This document shows positions 10,519 through 20,142 of a DNA stretch of 64,000 nucleotides, one piece after another. A program made the translations under genes and the position numbers. Positions within the stretch are counted from its first letter, which is position 1; each line of letters opens with the position of its first letter. Source of the stretch: an uncultured Lachnospiraceae bacterium (lineage in GTDB: Bacteria > Bacillota > Clostridia > Lachnospirales > Lachnospiraceae); assembly GCA_910588775.1 (NCBI GenBank), contig CAJURH010000009.1, positions 2,446-66,445 on the forward strand, read 5' to 3'. The notes under the pieces are model-generated. The model was not told where the DNA came from and searched no databases. It worked only from the letters and a program-made list of their open reading frames with translations.

Positions 10519-11534
10519 TGTTATTTCGGAAAGTATATGGGGTGGATCTGGGCACCAGTACCCTCAAAGTTTATTCCTATCAGAAAGATAAAGTCTACCA
10601 GGAAAGAAATATGGTGGCCGTAAAAGACAAAAAGCGGGCGCTGGCCGTAGGCGATGAAGCCTATGAAATGTTCGAAAAAGCGCCGGACAACATCGAAGTG
10701 GCGTCCCCAATGGCATATGGGATGATTGCGGATATTGTAAAGGCCGAAGTGTCTTTGTACAGTCTGATTAAGAAAATCCATCCCTATCAGTGGTTCGGAT
10801 CCATCATGTACTTTGCCGTTCCCGCCGACTTAACCCAAATCGAAAAAAGGGCCTATAATTCCATGGCCAACGGCGGCTGGCTGCAAAACAATAAAGTGCG
10901 GATTGTGGAAAAACCCATCGCCGACGCCATAGCCATGGATATTCCCATTCGAAAAACAAAAGGAAGCATGGTTGTCAACATTGGCGCTCAAAGCACGGAA
11001 ATATCGGTGATCGCTGATGGAAAGGTGATTATCAGCAAAGTCCTGAAGCTGGGAGGGCGGCAGATTGATATGGAAATATGCAGTGAAATCAATCGGGTAA
11101 ACCGCCTGCAGATCGGCACGAGGACGGCCAGCCGCCTGAAAACTTCCATTGGTGAGTTGTACGGGCAAAAAGAACAGATGCGAAAAGTAATTGGAATCGA
11201 TACCCTGTCTGGCCTGCCCAGGGAGGCAGTGGTGTCCTCGGAGGCCGTCAATGCGGCCATCGCCCGGCCCATCACTGCCATCGGAAACGAGATGAAAACA
11301 TTTCTGGAGCGCACTCCGCCACAGATTGCCTACAGCATTTTAAAAGAAGGCATCTATCTGGCCGGAGGCAGCACCAGACTGAAAAATATAGATAAATTTC
11401 TGGCAGATTTCACGGGATATGGCGTATGTCTATCGCAGATGCACGAGACTTGCACTATCCGCGGCGTGGAGAAGATGATCAAAGACAGATATTTGCAGGA
11501 ATGGGCCGTACCCGTTAAGCAGAAGAAAATGTAA
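10518..11534 (+). CDS. mreB: Rod shape-determining protein MreB (atypical ATPase motifs)
   Basis: GVDLGT, SGLP, LERTPP, GIYLAGG; lies immediately before mreC and mreD. Canonical IEEP and DIGGGT appear as VEKP and NIGAQS. Confidence 0.88.
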   Translation: MLFRKVYGVDLGTSTLKVYSYQKDKVYQERNMVAVKDKKRALAVGDEAYEMFEKAPDNIEVASPMAYGMIADIVKAEVSLYSLIKKIHPYQWFGSIMYFAVPADLTQIEKRAYNSMANGGWLQNNKVRIVEKPIADAIAMDIPIRKTKGSMVVNIGAQSTEISVIADGKVIISKVLKLGGRQIDMEICSEINRVNRLQIGTRTASRLKTSIGELYGQKEQMRKVIGIDTLSGLPREAVVSSEAVNAAIARPITAIGNEMKTFLERTPPQIAYSILKEGIYLAGGSTRLKNIDKFLADFTGYGVCLSQMHETCTIRGVEKMIKDRYLQEWAVPVKQKKM

Positions 11535-11555
11535 CAGCAGTATGGGGAGTTTGGG

Positions 11556-12413
11556 ATGAAGAAAAAGAATAATTTTCGTCTGAAAAGTAAGCATTTGATT
11601 ATTCTGATGACGATTGTATGCATCAGTATGGTGGTGGCGGCTTTTGCCACGGGCCTTACAGGCGATCCGGCGCGGACCACAGCCGGATATGCCATTATTC
11701 CATTTGAAAAAGGAATCAATAAGATTGGAGACTGGCTTTTGTCTGTACAGCATAATTTTCAGAATGTGAAGAAGCTGGCCCAGGAAAACGCCGTGTTAAA
11801 GTCCCAGGTGGAGGAGCTGACGCTTCAGAATAACGAATTGGCGCAAAATCAAAAAGACCTTACCCATCTGCGGGAACTTTACGATTTGGACAAGGAGTAC
11901 GCCCAGTATAACAAGATCATGGCGGAAGTCATTGCGAAAGATCCGGGAAACTGGTATCATACGTTTACCATCAATAAAGGCCGCGATGACGGCATAAATG
12001 TGAATTCTAATGTACTGGCCGGAGCGGGTCTGGTGGGAATCGTGACGGAGGTTGGCCCCAACTGGGCGGCGGTCCGGTCTATTATAGACGATAATTCCAA
12101 CGTAAGCGCCCAGGTTTCCGAGACGGAAGACATATGCATTGTCAACGGAGATCTGGAACTGATAGACGCGGGGAAAATAGAATTTGGTCAGTTGAAAAGC
12201 CCGGAAGGGAAGGTGAGCATCGGCGACCGGGTGGTCACTTCCCATATCAGCGACAGATATGTAAAAGGACTGCTGATTGGTTACATCAGTGAAATCAGTC
12301 AGGACAGCAACAACCTGACTTACAGAGGATATCTGGTGCCGGCGGCAGATTTTCGGCATTTACAGAAAGTGCTTGTAATTACAGATTTGAAAGAACAAAA
12401 AGGAGGGGAATAA
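11556..12413 (+). CDS. mreC: Rod shape-determining protein MreC
   Basis: N-terminal TM helix, coiled coil, TINKG..DGI, GLVG, GDRVVTS; operon position. Confidence 0.93.
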   Translation: MKKKNNFRLKSKHLIILMTIVCISMVVAAFATGLTGDPARTTAGYAIIPFEKGINKIGDWLLSVQHNFQNVKKLAQENAVLKSQVEELTLQNNELAQNQKDLTHLRELYDLDKEYAQYNKIMAEVIAKDPGNWYHTFTINKGRDDGINVNSNVLAGAGLVGIVTEVGPNWAAVRSIIDDNSNVSAQVSETEDICIVNGDLELIDAGKIEFGQLKSPEGKVSIGDRVVTSHISDRYVKGLLIGYISEISQDSNNLTYRGYLVPAADFRHLQKVLVITDLKEQKGGE

Positions 12414-12416
12414 AGG

Positions 12417-12944
12417 ATGCGCAATAAACTGATCCTGCTGCTCTTAATCCTGGTTTCCTTTTTCCTTCAATGCACACTGATGAAGGGCATCGCCATCGGC
12501 TCTGTATCGCCCAATCTCCTGGTTATTCTGTGTGTCAGCATGGGGCTGATGCTGGGAAAAGCCAATGGACTGTTTATCGGCTTTTTCACAGGGCTTTTGG
12601 TGGATCTCTTTTATGGATATTATCCGGGCACCCATGCCGCAATCTACATGTACTTGGGATTTGGCAGCGGTTTTTTTTATAAAGTTTGTTACGATGATGA
12701 TATTAAAGTCCCCATTCTATTAGCGGTGATAGGGGATTTTGTCTATAATTTTCTCACATATGTATTTTTGTTTTTGTTGCAGGGCAACACAGACTTTTTC
12801 TTCTATCTACGGCGGGTGATTCTGCCGGAGATTATATACACACTGGTACTGACGGCTTTGATATACCGCTTATATTACAAAGTAATTCATCGATTTATGC
12901 GTATAAAATATAAGGAAAGTGATTCTTTATGGTTAGCAAAATAA
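12417..12944 (+). CDS. mreD: Rod shape-determining protein MreD
   Basis: Multi-TM 175 aa, PNLL..., GF..GLL.D; follows mreC. Confidence 0.9.
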   Translation: MRNKLILLLLILVSFFLQCTLMKGIAIGSVSPNLLVILCVSMGLMLGKANGLFIGFFTGLLVDLFYGYYPGTHAAIYMYLGFGSGFFYKVCYDDDIKVPILLAVIGDFVYNFLTYVFLFLLQGNTDFFFYLRRVILPEIIYTLVLTALIYRLYYKVIHRFMRIKYKESDSLWLAK

Positions 12945-15841
12945 AACGGATTTTAAAGAATAAACGGATTCGCATAGCAAGGACAACTGTACTGGCGCTT
13001 GTTTTTTCAATTATGTCTTTTATTCTGATACGCCGGTTGTTTGAATTGCAGATTGTCCAAGGGGAGGAGTACACATCGGATTTCACCTCCCGGACAACGA
13101 AAACGCGGACCATCAGAAGCACCCGGGGAAATATTTTTGATCGGAATGGGAAGCTTCTTGCCTCCAGTAAGCTCTGCTATTCTCTGACCATCGAAGACAA
13201 TGGGACTTATGACTCAGAACGCGAAAAGAATTTGACCTTAAACAGCATCGCCTATAAAATTTGCAAAATTCTGGAAGAACATGGCGACCAGGTGGACCGG
13301 AACTTCCACATTGTTATGAACAGCCAAGGCAAGTATCATTTTGATCTGGAGGAAGGCGTGAATCTGGAGCGTTTCCGCGCGGATATCTATGGACGCGCCC
13401 TCATCGACGATTTGGAAAAAGATGAGAAAAACGCCACAGCCCAGGAAATGATGGAGTATCTGATTGGGCCGGATCGGTTTGCCATTGTTGTGGACGGTGA
13501 GGACGCTTACAGCGAGGAGGAACTGGCCCAGTATGAACTGCCAAAAGAGTTTACCGCGGATGAGGTCATGAGCATCACCATCATACGTTACCTTTTGTCC
13601 ACCAACAGTTTTCAGAAATACATGCCGGCCACCATCGCCACAGATTTAAGCGATGAGTCGGTGGCGGTTATCACGGAAAATAAGGATACCCTTCAGGGGG
13701 TGGACATTGTGGAGGATTCTCTGCGCCAGTATGAAGACCCCATTTATTTCGCCAATATTGTGGGCTATACTGGGCAGGCGTCTGCGGAGGAGTTGGAGGA
13801 GCTTCAGAAGGAAAACGCCAAGAAGTACGACACTACGTCTGTAATCGGAAAATCCGGTATTGAACAGTATATGGAGACAGATCTGCAGGGGACCAACGGA
13901 AAAGAGACGGTATATGTGGACAATCTGGGTAAGGTTTTAAAAATCGATGAGGAGTCCCGTCTGAATCCCATTGCCGGCCATGACGTGTACCTGACCATTG
14001 ACAGTGATCTTCAGATTGCCTGTTACAAAATACTGGAGCAGCAAATTGCCGGAATCCTTCTGGCCCATATTGTGCCGGACAAAACATTTGATAAAACCAC
14101 GATTTCGGACACCATGCAGATTTCCGTACCCATATATGACGTATACAATGCATTGATTGAAAATAATGTGATCAACATTGAGCATTTTGCGTCTGCGGAC
14201 GCCGCGGAAACAGAAAAACAGCTCTATGCCTCGTTTCAACAAAAACAGACGCAAGTGTTTGATAGAATAAAGAATGAACTGACCGGGGATAATCCGCAGG
14301 CGTACAAAGACCTGGATGAGGAAATGCAGGAATATCTGGATTATCTTGTGGATGATTTGCTCCCCATTCAGTTGGAGGTCATGGATTCGGATGCCATTGA
14401 CTCCACCGACCCTACGTACCAGGCATGGACCAAAGAAGAAACCATCAGTCTACAGGAATACTTAACTTACGCCACGCGGCAGAACTGGATCGACATTTCC
14501 AGGATTTCCCCCCAAGGGGACTATCTGGATTCCAAGGAAGTATATTTGGAGCTGGCCAACTATTTGACCGATTATTTGCTGACAGACGTGTCTTTTGGAA
14601 AGCTCTTGTACAAGTATATGCTGCTGAACGACGATATTGACCCAAGAGATTTGTGTATTGCTTTGTACGACCAGGGGATTTTGGACCCGGAAGATGGGAT
14701 GCGGGAATCTCTGGCACAAGGGCAGACCAGCGCTTTTGCGTTTATTACTTCCAAGATTAGTTCTCTGGAGATTACGCCAGGCCAACTGGCGCTGGACCCT
14801 TGTTCCGGTTCTGTGGTGGTGGAAGATCCCAACAATGGACAGGTTCTGGCCTGTGTGACTTATCCGGGCTATGACAATAACCGGCTAGCCAACGTCATGG
14901 ATGTGGATTACTATAATAAGATAGCCAGTGATTTGTCCCAGCCGTTTTTCAACAAAGCCACACAACAGCAGACGGCGCCTGGTTCCACGCTCAAAATGGT
15001 GTCAGCGATAGCCGGCCTGGAAAGCGGCGTCATAGAAGCCGGCACTGGAATTAACTGCACCGGATCTTTTGAACAGGTGGAGCCGCATATTGACTGCTGG
15101 AACACTGCTGGCCATGGGGTAATTGATTTGGAGACAGCGCTAGAACAGTCTTGCAACTATTACTTTAACGAAATCGGCTATGTGTTGGGAACCGGACAGG
15201 ATCACAGATTTTCAGAAAATCTCAGTTTGCAGAATCTGAAGAAATACGCGTCTATGCTGAATCTGGATAAACCTTCCGGCATTGAGATTTCCGAAGCGGA
15301 ACCACAAGTTTCGGATCAGCTTGCCGTACCCTCTTATATGGGACAGGGCACGCATCTCTACACCACAGTGGGTCTGGCCAGATATGTGGGGACGCTTGCC
15401 ACCAGCGGTCAGAGTTATCGGTTATCTTTGATACAGAAAATAACCGATTCGCAGGAAAAGCCTTTGCAGGAATACCAGCCAAAATTGGAAAGCACAGTGG
15501 AGCTTCCCCAGAGCACTTGGGATACGGTTCACAATGGCATGCGCCGGGTAATCCAAAACACCAATCAATATAATTTTGATGACGCTGGAGTGAATATCAG
15601 TGGAAAGACCGGGACGGCTCAGGAAAATCAATACCGCCCAGACCACGGCGTATTTGTAGGATACGCGCCTTCGGAATCACCAAAGGTGGCTGTGGCCGTG
15701 CGAATTCCCTATGGATATTCTTCCGGTAACGCGTGTTTGGTATCCAGCAATGTGTTCCAATATATATTTAATGAGAAAAAACGAGAAAAGATCATCACCG
15801 GTGTGGCGTCGGATACATCCAGCAACACCAGCAATGACTAG
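12929..15841 (+). CDS. Class B penicillin-binding protein (PBP2/MrdA-like) with large insertions
   Basis: TM anchor, RGNIFDRNG, GKSGIE, SxxK (STLK), SxN (SCN), KTGT. Confidence 0.92.
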   Translation: MVSKIKRILKNKRIRIARTTVLALVFSIMSFILIRRLFELQIVQGEEYTSDFTSRTTKTRTIRSTRGNIFDRNGKLLASSKLCYSLTIEDNGTYDSEREKNLTLNSIAYKICKILEEHGDQVDRNFHIVMNSQGKYHFDLEEGVNLERFRADIYGRALIDDLEKDEKNATAQEMMEYLIGPDRFAIVVDGEDAYSEEELAQYELPKEFTADEVMSITIIRYLLSTNSFQKYMPATIATDLSDESVAVITENKDTLQGVDIVEDSLRQYEDPIYFANIVGYTGQASAEELEELQKENAKKYDTTSVIGKSGIEQYMETDLQGTNGKETVYVDNLGKVLKIDEESRLNPIAGHDVYLTIDSDLQIACYKILEQQIAGILLAHIVPDKTFDKTTISDTMQISVPIYDVYNALIENNVINIEHFASADAAETEKQLYASFQQKQTQVFDRIKNELTGDNPQAYKDLDEEMQEYLDYLVDDLLPIQLEVMDSDAIDSTDPTYQAWTKEETISLQEYLTYATRQNWIDISRISPQGDYLDSKEVYLELANYLTDYLLTDVSFGKLLYKYMLLNDDIDPRDLCIALYDQGILDPEDGMRESLAQGQTSAFAFITSKISSLEITPGQLALDPCSGSVVVEDPNNGQVLACVTYPGYDNNRLANVMDVDYYNKIASDLSQPFFNKATQQQTAPGSTLKMVSAIAGLESGVIEAGTGINCTGSFEQVEPHIDCWNTAGHGVIDLETALEQSCNYYFNEIGYVLGTGQDHRFSENLSLQNLKKYASMLNLDKPSGIEISEAEPQVSDQLAVPSYMGQGTHLYTTVGLARYVGTLATSGQSYRLSLIQKITDSQEKPLQEYQPKLESTVELPQSTWDTVHNGMRRVIQNTNQYNFDDAGVNISGKTGTAQENQYRPDHGVFVGYAPSESPKVAVAVRIPYGYSSGNACLVSSNVFQYIFNEKKREKIITGVASDTSSNTSND

Positions 15842-15913
15842 TGCACCCAGGAGAGCCAATCGGATCATACAAAAGAGGGGATAAATAAAAAATCGTCAAG
15901 TAGGAGGTTTTGT

Positions 15914-16702
15914 ATGAGCGAGGTAATTGTAGTGACATCAGGCAAAGGGGGCGTGGGGAAGACCACAACTGCAGCAAATATAGGAACGGGCCTGGCTATG
16001 TTGGGCAAAAAGGTGGCTGTGGTGGACACAGACATTGGCCTGCGTAACCTGGACGTGGTCATGGGATTGGAGAACCGGATTGTGTACAATCTGGTGGATG
16101 TAATTTACGGCAACTGCCGTTTGAAACAGGCGATGATTCGGGACAAGCGGTACAATAATCTGTATCTGCTCCCATCTGCACAGACAAAGGACAAGACGGC
16201 GGTAACGCCAGAGCAGATGATAAAACTCACCGAGGAGATGGGCAGTTATTTTGAATATATCATCCTGGACTGTCCGGCGGGGATTGAGCAGGGGTTTAAG
16301 AACGCCATTGCGGGCGCCAGCCGGGCCATTGTGGTGACCACTCCGGAAGTCTCCGCCATAAGGGATGCAGACCGGATCATTGGACTTTTGGAAGCCAACG
16401 ACATCAGCCAGATTGAATTGATTATCAACCGGATTCGTCCAGATATGATACAAAAAGGAGATATGATGTCGGTAGACGATGTGATTGAGATACTCGCCGT
16501 TCATTTGTTGGGCATTATACCGGATGACCAGCAGATTGTCATAGCCACCAATCAGGGTGTGCCTTTATCTGGAAAAAACTCCCCTGCTGAACAGGGATAT
16601 ATAAACATCTGCCGGAGAATTACAGGAGAAGAGATACCATTTCTGAATTTTGATATAAAAAAAGGTATTTTCCGTAAGATGACGGAATTATTCCGTAATT
16701 AA
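15914..16702 (+). CDS. minD: Septum site-determining ATPase MinD
   Basis: SGKGGVGKTT, DIGLRNLD, DCPAGIE, C-terminal amphipathic helix. RBS AGGAGG. Confidence 0.97.
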   Translation: MSEVIVVTSGKGGVGKTTTAANIGTGLAMLGKKVAVVDTDIGLRNLDVVMGLENRIVYNLVDVIYGNCRLKQAMIRDKRYNNLYLLPSAQTKDKTAVTPEQMIKLTEEMGSYFEYIILDCPAGIEQGFKNAIAGASRAIVVTTPEVSAIRDADRIIGLLEANDISQIELIINRIRPDMIQKGDMMSVDDVIEILAVHLLGIIPDDQQIVIATNQGVPLSGKNSPAEQGYINICRRITGEEIPFLNFDIKKGIFRKMTELFRN

Positions 16703-16715
16703 AGGAGGTAGGAAA

Positions 16716-16991
16716 ATGCTTTTTTTGGCAAGAAATGGTTTGGTAAAGAGAAAATCCGGTTCCGTGGCCAGAAATCGGCTGAAGACCGTTTTGTTATCCG
16801 AACGACTGGATTGCTCTACGGACGCTACGATTATGTTGAAAAACGATCTGGTGCAAGCAATAAATAAATACCTTCCTGTGGACAAAACGGGAATACAAAT
16901 ACAATTCCAGCAAAATCCACCTATGATGCTGGCACGGATACCAATACTACAAGAGAAGGATAGCCGAAAGGATTATGTTAAAACAGTATAA
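16716..16991 (+). CDS. minE: Cell division topological specificity factor MinE
   Basis: S..VA.NRLK.VL..ER motif, 91 aa, follows minD. RBS AAGGAGG. Confidence 0.88.
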   Translation: MLFLARNGLVKRKSGSVARNRLKTVLLSERLDCSTDATIMLKNDLVQAINKYLPVDKTGIQIQFQQNPPMMLARIPILQEKDSRKDYVKTV

Positions 16992-18102
16992 ATTCAGATT
17001 TTATAATTTCAGACTTGTGTTTCTGCTCCTAAGCATCAGCGTCATTGGCGTACTGTTGGTAGGCAGCGCCATGGAATCGTTGAAGAGCCGTCAGATTATG
17101 GGGGTCGCTTTGGGCGTAGCAGTAATGGTTATAGTGTCATTGATGGATTTTAGCTGGATTTTGAACTTTTACTGGCTGATTTATATTTTCAATATTGTTA
17201 TGCTTTTGGGGGTTCGTTTAATGGGCTCCACCGCAGGAGGGGCCACCCGCTGGATTGAGATTGCCGGTTTCCGGTTTCAGCCCACGGAATTGTCCAAGAT
17301 TCTGCTGATTTTATTTTTTGCCCGGTATTTTATGGATCACGAAAACGATTTGAATACCATTAAAGTCATTGTAAAATGTGTGGCTCTGTTGGTGGTTCCG
17401 TTGGTTTTAATTTATCAGCAGCCGGACTTAAAAAATACCATTACTGTGACGGTTCTGTTCTGCGTGTTGATCTATATTGCGGGCTTGAGCTACAAGGTTA
17501 TTGGTGGCACGATTTTGATTATGGTGCCATTGATGATTATATTTTTGTCCATTGTGGTGCAACCGGACCAAAAACTGATCAAAGATTATCAACGGGATCG
17601 GATTATGTCCTTCCTTTATCCCGAAAATGAAGAGTATAGCGACGACATCGAACAACAGAATAACTCCATCCTGGCCATTGGGTCTGGAGAGTTGACGGGA
17701 AAGGGTCTGAACAATGAGGAATCCTCCGTGAACAAAGGGAACTTCGTGTCCCAGATACAGACGGATTTTATCTTTGCTGTAGCTGGGGAGGAGTTGGGCT
17801 TTATTGGATGCAGTCTGATTATTCTTATTTTACTGTGGATTACTTTTGAGTGCATCCGCATGAGCTTGCGGTCTAAGGACCTTTCGGGAAAACTAATCTG
17901 CTGCGGCGTGGCGACCATCGTCTCTCTACAAAGCTTTATTAATATATGCGTGGCCACAGGGATTATGCCAAATACGGGAACGCCTTTGCCGTTTGTCAGT
18001 TATGGACTTACTTCTGTAGTCAGTCTTTATATTGGAATGGGGCTGGTTTTGAATGTGGGATTGCAGAGCAGTTCTTATAAAACCAGAAAAATAAGCGCTT
18101 AG
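16975..18102 (+). CDS. rodA: SEDS peptidoglycan glycosyltransferase RodA
   Basis: GATRWI, FQPTELSK, QPDL, TDFIF..GEELG, PNTG.PLPFVSYG. Confidence 0.93.
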   Translation: MLKQYKFRFYNFRLVFLLLSISVIGVLLVGSAMESLKSRQIMGVALGVAVMVIVSLMDFSWILNFYWLIYIFNIVMLLGVRLMGSTAGGATRWIEIAGFRFQPTELSKILLILFFARYFMDHENDLNTIKVIVKCVALLVVPLVLIYQQPDLKNTITVTVLFCVLIYIAGLSYKVIGGTILIMVPLMIIFLSIVVQPDQKLIKDYQRDRIMSFLYPENEEYSDDIEQQNNSILAIGSGELTGKGLNNEESSVNKGNFVSQIQTDFIFAVAGEELGFIGCSLIILILLWITFECIRMSLRSKDLSGKLICCGVATIVSLQSFINICVATGIMPNTGTPLPFVSYGLTSVVSLYIGMGLVLNVGLQSSSYKTRKISA

Positions 18103-18117
18103 AATGGAGGAAACACG

Positions 18118-19149
18118 ATGGCGCGTAAAAAGAAACTTATGAAAATGCGCAAACACAGAATGCGCAATACAATGATTCTTATTCTGCTGCTTCTGTTTAT
18201 TGGCATGGGCTGCGCAGGCGTTTATCACTTTTTTTTATCCGAGGCGGCGACGGAGCTTCCTCTTGCTTTTGGGTCATTTGAACAACTTCAAGGGAGGATG
18301 AACGCAGTGGATAAACAGATTCAGGACAGCTTTGCAAAAAATCTGTGCGTATCTGCTGAGGGAAATGTTCCTTTGGAGGGAGTCAGCCAGGATCCATCTC
18401 AATATGGAGGACTTTTTGCTCTCGACAGCAAGCAGATTTTATATGGACAGAACCTTTATGAAAAACTTTATCCGGCAAGCATCACGAAAATTATGACAGC
18501 TATTGTGGCTTTGAAAAATGGGAATCTCAGCGATCTGGTAACGGTCAGTCAGGAGGCTTTGATTTTGGAAGAAGGCTCGCAGCTTTGCGGTTTTCGGGCT
18601 GGTGATCAGCTTACATTGGAGCAGCTTCTTCAGGGTTTATTAATTCATTCTGGAAATGACGCTGCAGCGGCTATCGCAGAGCATGTGGGGGGAACCCAGG
18701 AAAATTTTGTGCAAATGATGAATGAAGAAGTGGCGCGTCTGGGCATGACCAACACTCATTTCACCAATCCTCATGGCTTGCAGGATACCCAGCATTACAC
18801 CAGCATTTATGACATTTATCTGATGCTAAACGAAGCGATTCATTATCCCAAGTTTGTGGAAATTATCCAAATGGGCGCTTTTACCGTCCAGTATCAGAAT
18901 ATATCCGGGCAGGTAAATGCCATCTCTCTGGAATCGACCGACTATTATCTGACGGGGGAGGCCACTGGCCCGAAGGGCGTAACCATTCTTGGCGGAAAGA
19001 CCGGCACCACCGATGAGGCTGGAAATTGCCTGGCTTTGGTCAGCCAGAATGAATATGGAAAGACATTTATCACCATTGTGACAAACGCCTTTGACAAACC
19101 AGAATTATACCAGCAGATGAATCAGTTGCTGGAACATATCAATTCCTGA
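18118..19149 (+). CDS. D-alanyl-D-alanine carboxypeptidase (peptidase S11)
   Basis: PASITK, SGNDAA, F.NPHGL, GGKTG; N-terminal TM anchor. Confidence 0.93.
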   Translation: MARKKKLMKMRKHRMRNTMILILLLLFIGMGCAGVYHFFLSEAATELPLAFGSFEQLQGRMNAVDKQIQDSFAKNLCVSAEGNVPLEGVSQDPSQYGGLFALDSKQILYGQNLYEKLYPASITKIMTAIVALKNGNLSDLVTVSQEALILEEGSQLCGFRAGDQLTLEQLLQGLLIHSGNDAAAAIAEHVGGTQENFVQMMNEEVARLGMTNTHFTNPHGLQDTQHYTSIYDIYLMLNEAIHYPKFVEIIQMGAFTVQYQNISGQVNAISLESTDYYLTGEATGPKGVTILGGKTGTTDEAGNCLALVSQNEYGKTFITIVTNAFDKPELYQQMNQLLEHINS

Positions 19150-19158
19150 AAATAATCA

Positions 19159-19187
19159 TTGAACTTTTAGCCTATATACACTATAAT
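19159..19187 (+). promoter_or_regulatory. sigma-A-type promoter
   Basis: TTGAAC-17 bp-TATAAT upstream of the 19247 ORF. Confidence 0.65.
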
Positions 19188-19246
19188 TGAACTATCAGAA
19201 ATAGGAATTTGTTAAAATTGCCTATATGTCTAAGGAGGAAAGCAGG

Positions 19247-19666
19247 ATGGTTGAACTAATTGTAGGAAAAAAGGGCAAAGGTAAGACAAAGGTTTTATTG
19301 GAAAGGGCAAACGGCTCCGTCAAAAATGCCAATGGAAGCATCGTGTATTTGGATAAAAGCGCCAAGCACATGTATGAATTGAATAATAAGATACGGCTGA
19401 TTGATGTATCTGCCTTCCCGTTGAAAAACAGCGATGAATTTGTGGGATTTATTTGTGGCATTCTTTCACAGGATCATGATCTGGAACAAGTGTATTTGGA
19501 TGGATTCCTCACCATATCAAAGCTGGAGGGACAGGATGTGGAAAATACATTGAGTCAGTTAGACGCCATTGGACAACAGTTCAATCTTACCTTTGTTGTT
19601 AGCATATCCATGGACAAAGAAGAAATACCCGCGCCTCTTCAGTCTAAAATTGTTGAAGCGTTATAA
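19247..19666 (+). CDS. Conserved clostridial hypothetical protein with an N-terminal P-loop-like motif
   Basis: GKKGKGKT; RBS AAGGAGG before ATG 19247. Confidence 0.75.
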   Translation: MVELIVGKKGKGKTKVLLERANGSVKNANGSIVYLDKSAKHMYELNNKIRLIDVSAFPLKNSDEFVGFICGILSQDHDLEQVYLDGFLTISKLEGQDVENTLSQLDAIGQQFNLTFVVSISMDKEEIPAPLQSKIVEAL

Positions 19667-19696
19667 AATATTTGCATACAATTACATAAACAAAGG

Positions 19697-19746
19697 GAAC
19701 AGGGAAAGGCGCCAAAGAGATGGTTATACCTTTCCCTGTTTTTGTT
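19697..19746. terminator. Intrinsic terminator between convergent genes
   Basis: AACAGGGAAAGG...CCTTTCCCTGTT followed by a T-tract. Confidence 0.7.
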
Positions 19747-19767
19747 ACCAAATGGGCATGACGTTTG

Positions 19768-19992
19768 TTATTCGCTTACGCTGATGCTGTCGCTGCTTCC
19801 CACTCTGCCAAACATGCTAATCAGATAAAGTCCACACAACCCTACAAGCCCATATACGATGCGTGAGATCCAGGACATGTTGCCAAAGACAAAGGCTACA
19901 AGGTCAAACCGAAACAGTGCGATCAACCCCCAGTTTACGGCTCCTACAATGGCAATGATCAATGCTGTATAGTCCAGTCCCTTGGAATTCAT
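19768..19992 (-). CDS. DUF378 small membrane protein (YuzA-like)
   Basis: IVGAVNWGL..LF.FDLVA..FG...SRIVY.LVGL.G; RBS GGAGGG. Confidence 0.9.
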   Translation of the reverse strand: MNSKGLDYTALIIAIVGAVNWGLIALFRFDLVAFVFGNMSWISRIVYGLVGLCGLYLISMFGRVGSSDSISVSE

Positions 19993-20032
19993 GATGCATC
20001 CCTCCAATACGAAAAGTTTTTAGACACAATTT

Positions 20033-20061
20033 TAGTATTCCTCAGCCCACTGGCTTTATAC
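20033..20061 (-). promoter_or_regulatory. Forespore sigma-F/G-type promoter of the DUF378 gene
   Basis: Minus strand GTATA-15 bp-GGAATACTA matches the B. subtilis sigF consensus. Confidence 0.65.
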
Positions 20062-20142
20062 ATGGTTTTGATTTGAAACAAATTTGCTAATTTAAAAAAA
20101 TTATGATAAAATATTCCAAACTTGATGAAGGAGGCTTATCTA

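Noticed and set aside
19247..19666. PilT/twitching-motility label often given to such proteins
   Set aside because: Only 139 aa, lacks PilT ATPase motifs, and no pilus genes nearby.
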